A DNA stretch of 64,000 nt from a virus (Duplodnaviria > Heunggongvirae > Uroviricota > Caudoviricetes): positions 18,847 through 82,846 of IMG/VR virus record IMGVR_UViG_3300032954_000003, one strand, 5' to 3'. This document shows, piece after piece, positions 17,097-26,807 of the stretch. The position numbers and the translations under genes are program-made. The notes under the pieces are model-generated. The model ran no database searches. It saw only the letters and a program-made list of their open reading frames with translations, and had not been told where the DNA came from. Each line of letters starts with the position of its first letter. Within the stretch, counting starts at the first letter, position 1.

Positions 17097-18830
17097 ATGC
17101 CAGAGACAGTAACGCTGCTCGACGAGCTGCGCCAGCGTCGTGAGACCATCGGAAAGAATTGGGATGATCTCATTGATAGGCGTGAGACTGAACGAGCTGA
17201 GTACGAGAAACGTACTGCTGACTTCAAGTCATTGAAGGATGAGTTCGAAGCTAAGGACAGTCCAACTGACGAGGAGCGCGATGCGTTCAAGGCAGCCGAA
17301 AAGGCGCATATGGTTACAACCGATGCGTACAACTTGGCTGAGGACGAGTTCCGCTCCGCATGCGAAGACTTCGAATCGGATCTTGGTCCTCTCAATGATC
17401 GAATCAAGCGTCAAGAGGAGAAGGCGGAACGTCGTGCGGCTGCTGAGAAGGCGGCAATTAGCGATGACTCCGACCCTGCTGGCAGTCTTCATGTCACAGA
17501 GCCTTACACGTACCGCAAAGACAATGCTAATGACTATTCCTTCTACAAGGATATGCTTTCAACGGAGCCATCGATCCGAGGTCTAGTCTCCGGTATCCGT
17601 GGCTTCAACTACCAGGAAGCTAGAGAACGCATCGACCGTCACTCAGAAGAGATGAATGACGTTATGAAGAAGCGCGATGCGGAACGGATCAAAGCTGCTG
17701 AACAGCAGGTTGATGAAGCAGAGATGCAGTTCCGGTCAAGCTTCCCCACTGGGATGCTAAAGGCGGATCTCCGTGGTGCGCTGGAAGACAATCCCTTCGA
17801 ACGCCGTGCTAACCCTTCCCGTGTCGCGGGCCAGGGTGGCGAATTCGTTCCGCCCTTGTGGCTAGTCGAGGATGACTGGATTCCGTTCCTACGTGCCGGC
17901 CGTGTTATCGCACCTCTGTGCCGTAATATGCCCGTCCCGCCAGGTACGGATACGATCAAACTCCCGAAGGTGAAACTTGGTACCGAAGTTGCACCCCAGT
18001 TGATGGACAATGCTGGCGTTGCATCACGCGATATCGAAACAACTTTCGTAGAAGCTGCCGTCAAGACACTTGCCGGTCAGGAGGATGTTGCCATCCAGCT
18101 GATCGAGCAGTCACCGGGTCAGGTATTTGACACGGTAGTCCAGACGGATCTTCTTGCTGACTACAACCTGAAGGTAGACCGTAACGTCTCCTTCGGTGAA
18201 GGTCTGAACGTTACCCAGCTAAACGCCGGTACGATCAAGGGTCTGTACCCAACGACAAACTGGGAAGGTAAGAAGAACGAATCAACCTCAGCAGCTACAG
18301 GGCAAACGTTCCTAGCTTCCTTGAACTGCAACTGGTCATGGATTGCCAAGGAACGTTTCAACGTCCAGAACGTTCACCACGTTATCCATCCGCGTCGTGG
18401 TGCATGGGCTGCGTCAGTAACAGATTCATCCTCAGAAGCAGGGCGGTTGCTGTTCAATGCAACAGACTTCCCTAACTTCAACACGGCAGGTTTGTTCACC
18501 GGCCAAACACCGGCCGAGGGGTATGCGTTTACGACACCGCTTGGACCGAATGTCTACATTACGGCGAACATCTCAACCGAAGATAACGGGAAAGGTGAAA
18601 AAAAATCAGGTGAAAGCCACGATTACGCTCTGACTGCAAAGTTTGATGATGTGTGGTTCTTTGAGTCTGATCTTCGTACACGCGTACTCCCTGAGGTCGT
18701 ATCTGGCACGCTCCAGATTCGCTTCCAGGTGTATGCATACGTGGCGCTGTTGGTTCGTTACGGCCCGTCTATCGCAATTGCGGTAGGGAAAACATTCGAA
18801 GAACCCAAACTGGGTGGCTTCACCTTCTAA
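17097..18830 (+). CDS. capsid protein paralog 2 (HK97 fold) with about 220-aa N-terminal coiled-coil extension
   Basis: AAAGGAGGGG RBS precedes the ATG at 17097. GQGGEFVPPLWL, PGTDTIKLPKV and C-terminal SGTLQIRFQVYAYVALLV align with 14794..15975. Confidence 0.65.
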   Translation: MPETVTLLDELRQRRETIGKNWDDLIDRRETERAEYEKRTADFKSLKDEFEAKDSPTDEERDAFKAAEKAHMVTTDAYNLAEDEFRSACEDFESDLGPLNDRIKRQEEKAERRAAAEKAAISDDSDPAGSLHVTEPYTYRKDNANDYSFYKDMLSTEPSIRGLVSGIRGFNYQEARERIDRHSEEMNDVMKKRDAERIKAAEQQVDEAEMQFRSSFPTGMLKADLRGALEDNPFERRANPSRVAGQGGEFVPPLWLVEDDWIPFLRAGRVIAPLCRNMPVPPGTDTIKLPKVKLGTEVAPQLMDNAGVASRDIETTFVEAAVKTLAGQEDVAIQLIEQSPGQVFDTVVQTDLLADYNLKVDRNVSFGEGLNVTQLNAGTIKGLYPTTNWEGKKNESTSAATGQTFLASLNCNWSWIAKERFNVQNVHHVIHPRRGAWAASVTDSSSEAGRLLFNATDFPNFNTAGLFTGQTPAEGYAFTTPLGPNVYITANISTEDNGKGEKKSGESHDYALTAKFDDVWFFESDLRTRVLPEVVSGTLQIRFQVYAYVALLVRYGPSIAIAVGKTFEEPKLGGFTF

Positions 18831-18857
18831 GGCGAACGCCAGAAAGGAACGACAAAG

Positions 18858-19511
18858 ATGGCTGATCTAACATCTGGCCGTTACGCCAACCAGAGCCCGC
18901 TCTGGGGTTTGTTCGGGAACCAGGTAAATGCAGCTCAGGGTGATGTGCCGGCGATCCATAATGCTTCGCCGGGTGTCGGTGTTGAAGACGGTGCGCCAAT
19001 GGTTACTAAAAAGCTAACATTGGTTCCCGTCCCGTGCCCCGAAGGTGTTGAAATCTCAACAGTCAAGATTTTCGGGGGAGCAACCGAATCCGAAACGGCG
19101 ACCCATGCGTGGGCGGCAATCTACTCAGGTGTGGCGATAAAAGAAGAAGAACTCAAGGCCGTTCTTCAAGCGCAGAGTAAAGATAACACGACCTACGAAA
19201 TGAAAAAAACCGAAACGGTAACGTTTACACTGGAAAAACCAGTGCTTGTTACCAACGCGGTTGCACCCAATGGGTACATCTATGTAGGTGTGTATCTCGT
19301 AGGTACCAAAGTTGGTACATACGCTGCGATGAAATCGCCAGCTAAAGCACTGTTCAAAGCAGTGTCTGGTAAAAAAGTGTTCCCATGGTTCACTAACGGT
19401 CCAATCTCAACCGTGAGCAAAATTACAGAAGGCGGTACAGCTCCTAAAGAAGCGCCTGTCGAATCCGAATTGGCGTATGCTGAACCTGTGCCGCTGCTGC
19501 TCCTACAGTAA
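18858..19511 (+). CDS. probable capsid decoration/Ig-like protein, paralog A
   Basis: AAAGGAA RBS. Shares PNGYIYVGVYLVG and THAWAAIYSG with the ORF at 19928. Confidence 0.5.
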   Translation: MADLTSGRYANQSPLWGLFGNQVNAAQGDVPAIHNASPGVGVEDGAPMVTKKLTLVPVPCPEGVEISTVKIFGGATESETATHAWAAIYSGVAIKEEELKAVLQAQSKDNTTYEMKKTETVTFTLEKPVLVTNAVAPNGYIYVGVYLVGTKVGTYAAMKSPAKALFKAVSGKKVFPWFTNGPISTVSKITEGGTAPKEAPVESELAYAEPVPLLLLQ

Positions 19512-19514
19512 ACG

Positions 19515-19781
19515 GTGAAACGTCGAGGTTACCTCGGCCGCGAAGGTTATTGTGAGGCGTGCGGTGAATCCATGCCGGATGGCCCAGATGTCTGTCTGGG
19601 GTGGATTCCCGGCGTCTCACAAGCGTGCTGTGGTCATGGCAATACGGACCTAGCCTTTGTGTATCTTGGTAAGTCAGACGGTGCATATGTGCTACTAAAA
19701 GCGGAGTTAGCGCTTGAGTTCTTTGCACTTGTTAAACAAGGCCAGTGGGTTGATTGTGAAGCGCCAGCGACGCGAATTTGA
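19515..19781 (+). CDS. hypothetical Cys-rich small protein (start uncertain)
   Basis: ORF with Cys pairs but no convincing RBS. Confidence 0.25.
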   Translation: MKRRGYLGREGYCEACGESMPDGPDVCLGWIPGVSQACCGHGNTDLAFVYLGKSDGAYVLLKAELALEFFALVKQGQWVDCEAPATRI

Positions 19782-19927
19782 GACCACAACGGCTGTAGAT
19801 GAATTAGAACAGGCTGTGCCCGAACGTCCCAGACGTAAAGGTCCAAAGCCACGGTGTGAGCATGGTAACCCGCCTCAGCGCTGTCTTGAGTGCCGCGAGG
19901 AGGCTCAATGGCTGATAGGAGACAGTG

Positions 19928-20716
19928 ATGGCGATTACTAAAAATGAACGTGTGTTTGACCTAGCGCTTGGTGCCCAGTACAGTATTCATGAAATTGCGA
20001 ACATCATGGGCATCAATGAACCTGAAGTTATTGCCATCTTGGCAAACCTTAATAATGGTCCTTCGACACAGACCTCGCCAGCGGCAACCGCTGAAACGCC
20101 GGTGAGTGGCACGCTTGGGCTGTTGATGGGTAACAACCGCCAGCTTGGTAACACAACCCGTCCAGCACGGTCTAACTTCGACTACCTTGGACTAGCTGGC
20201 GCTAAAGACGAAAAACCCACAGCGACCACCAAATTGTCATCTAACGTGCCTATTGCCGTCAAGCCTGGTGACATATTCACCAAGGTAGGGCTGCTATGTG
20301 GTGAAACTGCTGGTGGCACAATGACTCACCAGATTGCCGCACTCTATGAAGGTAAGGGAACCAAACCAGTCCTTCTACAGCAATCAAAAGATACAACAAA
20401 TGCTGCCATTGCCGCTAACACGCTGGTGTTCTGGGAACTCGAAAAAACAGTCGAAGTAACTGAAGCTAATTGTCCGAATGGCTTTATCTACGCTCAGATA
20501 ACCATTGTGGCTACAACCATCCCAACTTGCTACAACCAAGCTACTGAAGCCAAGCTGAGCGTTATTGGTACACCAGTCAAAGGCGCAGCTAAGGAAACAC
20601 CCCAGTTCATCTCAGCAACCTCTAAAGCCGCTTCTGAAGAAGGCATCAAAGCTGAAGCTAAACTGGAAAACGAAGTCACTGCTGCTGCTAAAGCCCCATG
20701 CATTGTTCTGATCTAA
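19928..20716 (+). CDS. probable capsid decoration/Ig-like protein, paralog B
   Basis: AGGAGA RBS. Paralog of 18858..19511 (PNGFIYAQITIVA, THQIAALYEG). Confidence 0.5.
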   Translation: MAITKNERVFDLALGAQYSIHEIANIMGINEPEVIAILANLNNGPSTQTSPAATAETPVSGTLGLLMGNNRQLGNTTRPARSNFDYLGLAGAKDEKPTATTKLSSNVPIAVKPGDIFTKVGLLCGETAGGTMTHQIAALYEGKGTKPVLLQQSKDTTNAAIAANTLVFWELEKTVEVTEANCPNGFIYAQITIVATTIPTCYNQATEAKLSVIGTPVKGAAKETPQFISATSKAASEEGIKAEAKLENEVTAAAKAPCIVLI

Positions 20717-21076
20717 ATGGCCGGCAGCATAACAGTTGGTGGCATGGCCGCTGGACTCCTAGTAGGAGAAATCCGCATTGGTCCTGCCACGATGGTTGGC
20801 AAATCGGCTATCTCAGAGATTTTCAACCTAGAACTGACGTCTAATGTAGACAAGGTGGTTGTGGTCCCTAATGAAGCGGTCGCATTTTGCGTGGTCTTCA
20901 CCTTTTCAGGGACAGAACCGACTGAACTCAAAGTTCGCACGAACCTTGATAACGCTGATACGGGTTTTCCGATCCCAGCATCTGGGTTCTTTGCGGCGCC
21001 GCTGCTGTCTACTGTAACTGAACTCAAGTTCAAGGCTGCAACACCGCCTGCGGTGTTCCAGTTGGTGTTTGTATGA
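20717..21076 (+). CDS. hypothetical structural protein
   Basis: Clean 119-aa ORF, tightly packed, overlaps the next gene (ATGA). Confidence 0.5.
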   Translation: MAGSITVGGMAAGLLVGEIRIGPATMVGKSAISEIFNLELTSNVDKVVVVPNEAVAFCVVFTFSGTEPTELKVRTNLDNADTGFPIPASGFFAAPLLSTVTELKFKAATPPAVFQLVFV

Positions 21077-21492
21077 GTTCACTAGATAAGGCATGGGAGA
21101 AGAAAGTCGCTGAACTGCTGACTGGTAAGGTTGCCTCACTCAACCGACCAGCGGCTAATCTCTGGATTGCTCTCACTACAACTGTGCCGACGCGGGTGGC
21201 CAACGGCGCGGCTGCAACCTATACGGGCTATGCCCGGTTTGAGATTGAAGCAGCCAAGCTCAACATTACCGAAGGCACGGCGTCAGAACCCACACTCGTC
21301 AAGAACGCCGAAGAAGTGAAGTCGCCGGAATGTACGGGTGGCGAATCGACTATCAAGGGCATCGAGCTGTGGACTGCCGAATCGGGCGGTGAACGTGTGG
21401 CATGGGGTGTACCGACAGAAGAACTGACAGTTACGCCAACTCACATGCCATACGTGTTTGCCGCAGAAGCGCTGGTCTGGCAGTTCAACTAA
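21073..21492 (+). CDS. hypothetical structural protein
   Basis: 139-aa ORF with start coupled to the previous gene. Confidence 0.5.
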   Translation: MSSLDKAWEKKVAELLTGKVASLNRPAANLWIALTTTVPTRVANGAAATYTGYARFEIEAAKLNITEGTASEPTLVKNAEEVKSPECTGGESTIKGIELWTAESGGERVAWGVPTEELTVTPTHMPYVFAAEALVWQFN

Positions 21493-21496
21493 CGTT

Positions 21497-23035
21497 ATGG
21501 CATTTCCAAGTATCACCGAAAATGTCACTGTTGCGAGTAAGCCGTTCTTCGAAGAAATCTTCTCGCAAACTGAAACGCTGACCAACGTTACGCGTGGACG
21601 CATTGGAACCCTTCCTCCCTACAACCTCGACCCCACGGGAACCGTAACGGATACAGGAAAGCTCCAGGAAGCCCTCACTGCGGCACACACAGCTGGTGGC
21701 GGAACAATATATCTGCCGGAAGGCACCTTCAAGAAGAACTACGAACTGGTCATCCCCTACAACGTCCGCCTCGTCGGCGCTGGGCGCAACGCCACCATCA
21801 TTCAGGACACGACAGACCTCGGCGCCTCGCACTCTGCCGCGCGCACCGAAGAAGAATCCAACTCCCTGAGCTATCCCGTAGTCGAACACCTGTCCTTCAA
21901 GGGACCGGGCTCGACCACCTTCTCCGCCGGCACGCAGCAGGCGGAAATGCACGGGCTCCTGCTGAAGTCAGACGGCGAAGCAAACCGCGTCAACGTCTAC
22001 GGATACGCCTCGGGCATCAGCTTCAACGGTAACCACCAGGCTGTCGAACACTGTCGCCTCTACGGGAACTACTACGGGCTCTACTGGCGCGACGGCGGAG
22101 AAAACCAGGGCAACCAGACGGTCATCGACGTTGTGTGCGCCCGTAACAACCACTCTGGCGTTCGCGTGCACAAGACCAACACGATCGACTCCTGCACCAT
22201 CATCGAACTGCACAACTTTGGCAACCCCTACGGGATGTCCAAGGGCAACGAGGCCGGCACCTCGCGCGGCTTCATCACCGACAGTACGTGCACGATCTAC
22301 TTCGAGGAATGCGGCAACGGCGGCATCTTCGACGAAACCGGCCAGACCATCAAGGACAACACCTTCAACAACTTCGCGGTCAGCTTTAACGCCTCCAACC
22401 GCATCGGCGGCAAAGCCCACGAATGGACGGTCACCTGCGGCGAACTAATAGGCAACACCTTCACCGGCGACCTGAACGGCGTCGAAGCCCTCGAAAAAGG
22501 CGTCTTCAACTGCACCAAGGCATACGGCAATACCTTCTTCACGGGCGAAACCTACCTCCAGGAAATGCGCGAAAAACGGCTCATCTTCGCGGATTCAAAC
22601 GACGTGCAGGGCGTAACCTTCTACACCCAGTACGGCGGCCGCTGCCAGATGTACAAGGTCGGTGGCGGCGCGGCCACGCCGGAACTCGGCGACCTGCTCT
22701 ACTGGGCCTCTTCACTGGGCATGTGGGGCGCTGCCAAGACCGAAGGCGAAGGCGGCTCGAACATCCCCGTGGGGTTCCTGATGGCCTGGGGCCTGGAATC
22801 ATCGCTGAACCACTGGGCACCCCTGCTCGTCGAGGGACCTGTCAAGGCCAAGACGCACTCGGAAGCAGCCGAAGTCAAGGCCCTCACCCACGCGGAAATC
22901 ACCGCCGGCATCGTCAAGGCCGACACCGCGAATCGCGGCAAGATCACCTCGGGGGGAGCCGAAGGTCTCACAGTTGGCTACGGCAAGCCCTCAGGCTCCG
23001 AACACGCCGAAGTCCACGCGCGCCTCGGTGGCTGA
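21497..23035 (+). CDS. right-handed beta-helix pectate-lyase-like protein (putative tail spike/depolymerase), GC-rich C-terminal two-thirds
   Basis: GGGTIYLPEGTF... opening is typical of the pectate_lyase_3/GH28-like fold. The ATG at 21497 follows the stop of the previous gene. GC rises to about 65% from roughly 21700. Confidence 0.6.
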   Translation: MAFPSITENVTVASKPFFEEIFSQTETLTNVTRGRIGTLPPYNLDPTGTVTDTGKLQEALTAAHTAGGGTIYLPEGTFKKNYELVIPYNVRLVGAGRNATIIQDTTDLGASHSAARTEEESNSLSYPVVEHLSFKGPGSTTFSAGTQQAEMHGLLLKSDGEANRVNVYGYASGISFNGNHQAVEHCRLYGNYYGLYWRDGGENQGNQTVIDVVCARNNHSGVRVHKTNTIDSCTIIELHNFGNPYGMSKGNEAGTSRGFITDSTCTIYFEECGNGGIFDETGQTIKDNTFNNFAVSFNASNRIGGKAHEWTVTCGELIGNTFTGDLNGVEALEKGVFNCTKAYGNTFFTGETYLQEMREKRLIFADSNDVQGVTFYTQYGGRCQMYKVGGGAATPELGDLLYWASSLGMWGAAKTEGEGGSNIPVGFLMAWGLESSLNHWAPLLVEGPVKAKTHSEAAEVKALTHAEITAGIVKADTANRGKITSGGAEGLTVGYGKPSGSEHAEVHARLGG

Positions 23036-23277
23036 TGGCACTCATCAGCTCCGGGCTCATCATCCCCTTCACGATTGGTTCGGCGACCAGCACAACACTG
23101 AATATGAATGTTGCGCTCTCGGGGAAAACAAGAGTGGCATCCCACAGCAAAGGCACTAGCGCTGCCTCATTTTCACTACAAGGTACACCTCATTTTGGGA
23201 TGCCAGTAGTCGGACCTCCATCTGGGGTGGCAGGCTTTACGCGCCCACGGCAAACTACAGGAATTACGGCTAAATAA
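23036..23277 (+). CDS. hypothetical small protein (80 aa)
   Basis: ATG overlaps the upstream stop (TGATG) and the ORF ends at the TAA adjoining the next ATG. Hydrophobic N-terminus. Confidence 0.4.
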
Positions 23278-24249
23278 ATGCCCGATTTCATCATCAAGGC
23301 TGGCGATACACAACCCTTCTTTGAAGATAGTTTGTCTTACTCGAATGGTGAATCGGCAAACCTCGAAGGAGCCACTGTCACATTTGTGATGCGGCGTCTT
23401 ACTTTAGAAGAACCGCAATCACTCAAAGGTACAGTCGAAATAACCAAAGCAAAAGAAGGTGGCGTCCGCTTCAAGCCTGCTGCTGAAGACACATCTGTTC
23501 CTGGTGATTTGATGGCTTATTGGCACGTCAAATTCGCTACCGGCGGTACAATGACGTTCCCAACTACCGGCTACTTGTGGGTTGAAATCCAGGAGTCCCT
23601 CAGTGCTAAAAGCAGTCCGTTGTTGGTGGGATTACCAGAGGTCAAGGACTACCTCAATCTGTCGGCGTCAGATCGTACACATGACGCTAAGCTGATCGCA
23701 CATATTGAAGCAATTACAGGGCAGATGGAACGGCTTATCGGCCCAATCATCCCCACAGTCTACGATGAGTGGTATGAAGGCGGTCATGCCGTTATCAGCT
23801 TACGGCATAAGCCATCGTATGGTTATGGTGCCAATCCTGTTTTCAAGCTAATGGCGGTCAGTGAGTATCGCGGTCCTATCGAGTACAACCTTTCGATTGT
23901 AGGTGTACCTACGCAGGGTTCTGTTTACTCGACTATGCTCAATGCCGAACTAGGGACGATTGTACGCCGTACGGCTGGTGGAGGGACGTATCCATTCTGG
24001 TCTGATCCGGAACATCCGTGGCAAAGTATCCACGCGATTTATGCAGCGGGACAGGAACCAATACCGCGTGCTGTCCGTACAGCAGCGCTTGAGGCTATCC
24101 GTGTTCATTACGAGAACACGATGATGGTGGGTCGTGGTTTCCAGACAGTCGCCGATGCACAAGAACCTTCGATGCCGCTGGGCTTTTACATGCCGCGCCA
24201 TTGTCTAGAGATATTGGAGCCGCTGCGCACGCATCCTGTGCTTGTCTAG
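23278..24249 (+). CDS. head-tail adaptor (gp6-like connector) with N-terminal extension
   Basis: Segment LLVGLPEVKDYLNLSASDRTHDAKLIAHIEAITGQMERLIG matches the phage gp6/head-tail connector signature. Confidence 0.6.
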   Translation: MPDFIIKAGDTQPFFEDSLSYSNGESANLEGATVTFVMRRLTLEEPQSLKGTVEITKAKEGGVRFKPAAEDTSVPGDLMAYWHVKFATGGTMTFPTTGYLWVEIQESLSAKSSPLLVGLPEVKDYLNLSASDRTHDAKLIAHIEAITGQMERLIGPIIPTVYDEWYEGGHAVISLRHKPSYGYGANPVFKLMAVSEYRGPIEYNLSIVGVPTQGSVYSTMLNAELGTIVRRTAGGGTYPFWSDPEHPWQSIHAIYAAGQEPIPRAVRTAALEAIRVHYENTMMVGRGFQTVADAQEPSMPLGFYMPRHCLEILEPLRTHPVLV

Positions 24250-24267
24250 CTGGCTAGAGAGGTTGAG

Positions 24268-24906
24268 ATGCCGGAAGATGTCTTCGGACCATTAGCGAGT
24301 CCGTGGTCAGTTGAGACCGCCGTGCTTCAAACACTCGAAGACTGGGCGGATTCATATGCGGCCGAGGTGGAACGCAAAAATGGGTTGAGTGACAAGGTAA
24401 TCGGTAGGCCATTAGCACCTGACAGCTACCGAGGTGGCTTGGATTGGCAAAGCGTCAAACAAGACTGGATGCCAATGTTGATAGCCATTGCCAATCCAGT
24501 CGGCGAACCGGAACGCCAAGCAAACACTTACATCCAAGCGTTTCAAGTAGAAGTTGGTGCAGTTGTCTTCAGTGAGGAAACGGAAAACCCTGAGGCAATG
24601 GCACGCAGAAACGCTGGCTTGTGGGCTGCTGCGTGTATGGGAATCCTCGTCCAGCATGGTGACCTAGGGAACTCTGAAGTAGAGGAGACCGTGTTAGTCG
24701 GTGCACCCAAAGTCGAGTTTATTGAAGCTGAAGATAGACGGTTCGCTGTGGGTATCACCACATACCACGTCTACATCCAGCTCATCCGGTCGAACTCAGG
24801 TCCGCTTCTTGTCCAGAAGGAAGCTGAAGAACCGTACCCAGAATGGCCGGCAGTAAAAGAGCACACTGTGAAAGTCAAAGCCGTCGAAATCGATGAAGAG
24901 GTCTAA
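24268..24906 (+). CDS. hypothetical neck/tail-completion protein
   Basis: GAGAGG RBS. Position between adaptor and sheath. The palindrome CTAGCTGGCTAG lies just upstream. Confidence 0.45.
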   Translation: MPEDVFGPLASPWSVETAVLQTLEDWADSYAAEVERKNGLSDKVIGRPLAPDSYRGGLDWQSVKQDWMPMLIAIANPVGEPERQANTYIQAFQVEVGAVVFSEETENPEAMARRNAGLWAAACMGILVQHGDLGNSEVEETVLVGAPKVEFIEAEDRRFAVGITTYHVYIQLIRSNSGPLLVQKEAEEPYPEWPAVKEHTVKVKAVEIDEEV

Positions 24907-26373
24907 ATGCCACTTGGGATAAAAGTTACAACCGGAGAGACTTCTGGTTCAGCCGGTTCATCCATTGTTACTGGTACCGCCTTCATTATCGGTTTGGCGG
25001 ACTGGGGTGTATTCACACCTACGCTTGTACGTAGTGCTGCTGGCTATCTAGCCGCTTTTGGCGAACGTACCGCTACATCATCCAAACTATTCGATGCCGT
25101 TGAAACGTTCTTCCAGCTTGGTGGTGAACGTGCGTACATCCAGCGTTGCGGCAAAGAAGCTTCTGGTGAAAAAGCAAAACCAGCCGCTCAGCTCAAAGGA
25201 GCGTCTCACGCGGAACAGATCAAAGTTGTTGCTAAGTACGTCGGAACACTTGGGAACAAACTCAAGATCGAAGTAGTTGAAAACGAAGCCAAAACGGAAT
25301 ATGAAGTCCTAATTCTCAACGAAGCTAGCGAACTTCTGGAAACCACTGGGCTTCTCAAAGAAGCTAAGCAGCTTGTCGGTAAGAGTTCGGCTTGGGTTAC
25401 ATACGCGGAAGGGACGAAATTCGCCGAAGGTGAAACGGAAAAACTCGAAAAACTAACAGCGAAAGCTTTCTCTGGTGGCACTAACCCCGCCGCTTCTATC
25501 ACCTCAGCTCTCGCCAAAGAATCCCTAGAACTTCTGCCTAAAACACTAGGTCCAGGCCAAGTCCTTATTCCTTCAGTGACTGGAGAACCGACTGAAGAAG
25601 CTACCCACAAACTTATGGGTGAACACTCGGAAAAAAACAACCGTGTGGCTCTCTGTGATCTTACGGATTCTTCTTCATCTACCACACTGGTCTCTAACAA
25701 AAAAACCTACGCCAACAACATCGCCGCCTATATGGAGTTTCACTCAAGTTCGTGCATCATCCCTGGTGTAACGCTAGGTACTACACGAACAGTTGCCGGC
25801 TCAGCCGTTGTAGCTGGGTTGTGCGCACAGGTGGCGAAAACAGAAAACGACAATCTCGCGCCAGCCGGTGTGACCTATTCACTTGCACCATTCGTAACTG
25901 GTTTTACCAACACATTTTCACTGACTCAGATGCAGACTCTAGGAGAAAACGGCATCAACGCTTTTGCGGAACGGCAGAGCAAACCTGTTCTCTACAACTT
26001 TGTGTCTGCAATCCCAGTAACAACGGACAAGATTTTCTGGCAGTTCTCAGCTAGCCGCGAGCGCATGCACCTCGTATGGGCTGCGGAAGAAATTGCAGAA
26101 ACCTACTTGTTCAAGCAGATAGACGGCCGCAAACAGCTCCTAGGACGCTTCCAGGGCGCATTAGGGGCGATGTTAGGGCGCCAGTGGACCCTCGGGGCTC
26201 TCTACGGTGAAACAGCCGCAGAAGGCGGCGTAGTGTACGTGGGCGAACCGATCAATACGCCAACGACTATCGCCGAAGGACAGCTAAACGCTGAACTGAA
26301 AGTTCGCATTTCACCATTTGCTGAGAGCATCGCCATCACCATTATCAGCTCTCCAATTACAGAAGCGATCTGA
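24907..26373 (+). CDS. tail sheath protein
   Basis: 488 aa. N-terminus MPLGIKVTTGETSG...GTAFIIGLADWGVFTPTLVRSAAGYLAAFG fits the sheath N-terminal consensus. Followed by a tube gene. Confidence 0.7.
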   Translation: MPLGIKVTTGETSGSAGSSIVTGTAFIIGLADWGVFTPTLVRSAAGYLAAFGERTATSSKLFDAVETFFQLGGERAYIQRCGKEASGEKAKPAAQLKGASHAEQIKVVAKYVGTLGNKLKIEVVENEAKTEYEVLILNEASELLETTGLLKEAKQLVGKSSAWVTYAEGTKFAEGETEKLEKLTAKAFSGGTNPAASITSALAKESLELLPKTLGPGQVLIPSVTGEPTEEATHKLMGEHSEKNNRVALCDLTDSSSSTTLVSNKKTYANNIAAYMEFHSSSCIIPGVTLGTTRTVAGSAVVAGLCAQVAKTENDNLAPAGVTYSLAPFVTGFTNTFSLTQMQTLGENGINAFAERQSKPVLYNFVSAIPVTTDKIFWQFSASRERMHLVWAAEEIAETYLFKQIDGRKQLLGRFQGALGAMLGRQWTLGALYGETAAEGGVVYVGEPINTPTTIAEGQLNAELKVRISPFAESIAITIISSPITEAI

Positions 26374-26384
26374 AAGGAATAATT

Positions 26385-26807
26385 GTGCCCGTCTACTTCC
26401 GCTCGGACCAAGCGCAGATTTTGGTGGAAATCAAAGGTGTCACGCTGGATAAGGAATCCTGGTCAGTTATGGAAGGTGGCGACAATACCGCTGAGGAAGC
26501 ACAGACTTTCCCGGGTGGTATGAAGCCGCTCGTAGCTCTTGGGGGTTTCCCTAAGAGATCCAAAATTACGGTCAGCCGTCCATGGCAGGACACCCTTGTG
26601 ACCGCTTACAAGCAGATTGATCCGCTCGTAGGTAAAGCCGTTGTAACGGTTAGTTACCAGGTCCTCAACTCTAACAAGGAACCTTTCGGCGAACCTATCA
26701 ACTATGAAGGCATACTCGACAGCGTAACGCGACCTAACTACAAGGCTGGTACGTCCGAAGAGGCTATGCTCGTCATTACTGTTTCACCGAATGGTGAAAT
26801 CAGCTAG
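26385..26807 (+). CDS. tail tube protein
   Basis: 140 aa directly after the sheath. GAAAGGAA RBS plus a GTG start. Confidence 0.6.
   Translation: MPVYFRSDQAQILVEIKGVTLDKESWSVMEGGDNTAEEAQTFPGGMKPLVALGGFPKRSKITVSRPWQDTLVTAYKQIDPLVGKAVVTVSYQVLNSNKEPFGEPINYEGILDSVTRPNYKAGTSEEAMLVITVSPNGEIS

Noticed and set aside
22423-23277. 284-aa Arg-rich ORF and other long ORFs (21968..22420 -, 22131..22448 +) in the 21.7-23.0 kb region
   Set aside because: They are out-of-frame or antisense to the pectate-lyase-like gene in a 65% GC segment. Translations are low-complexity (RRPERRRSPRKRR...). Long stop-free frames are expected at this GC.
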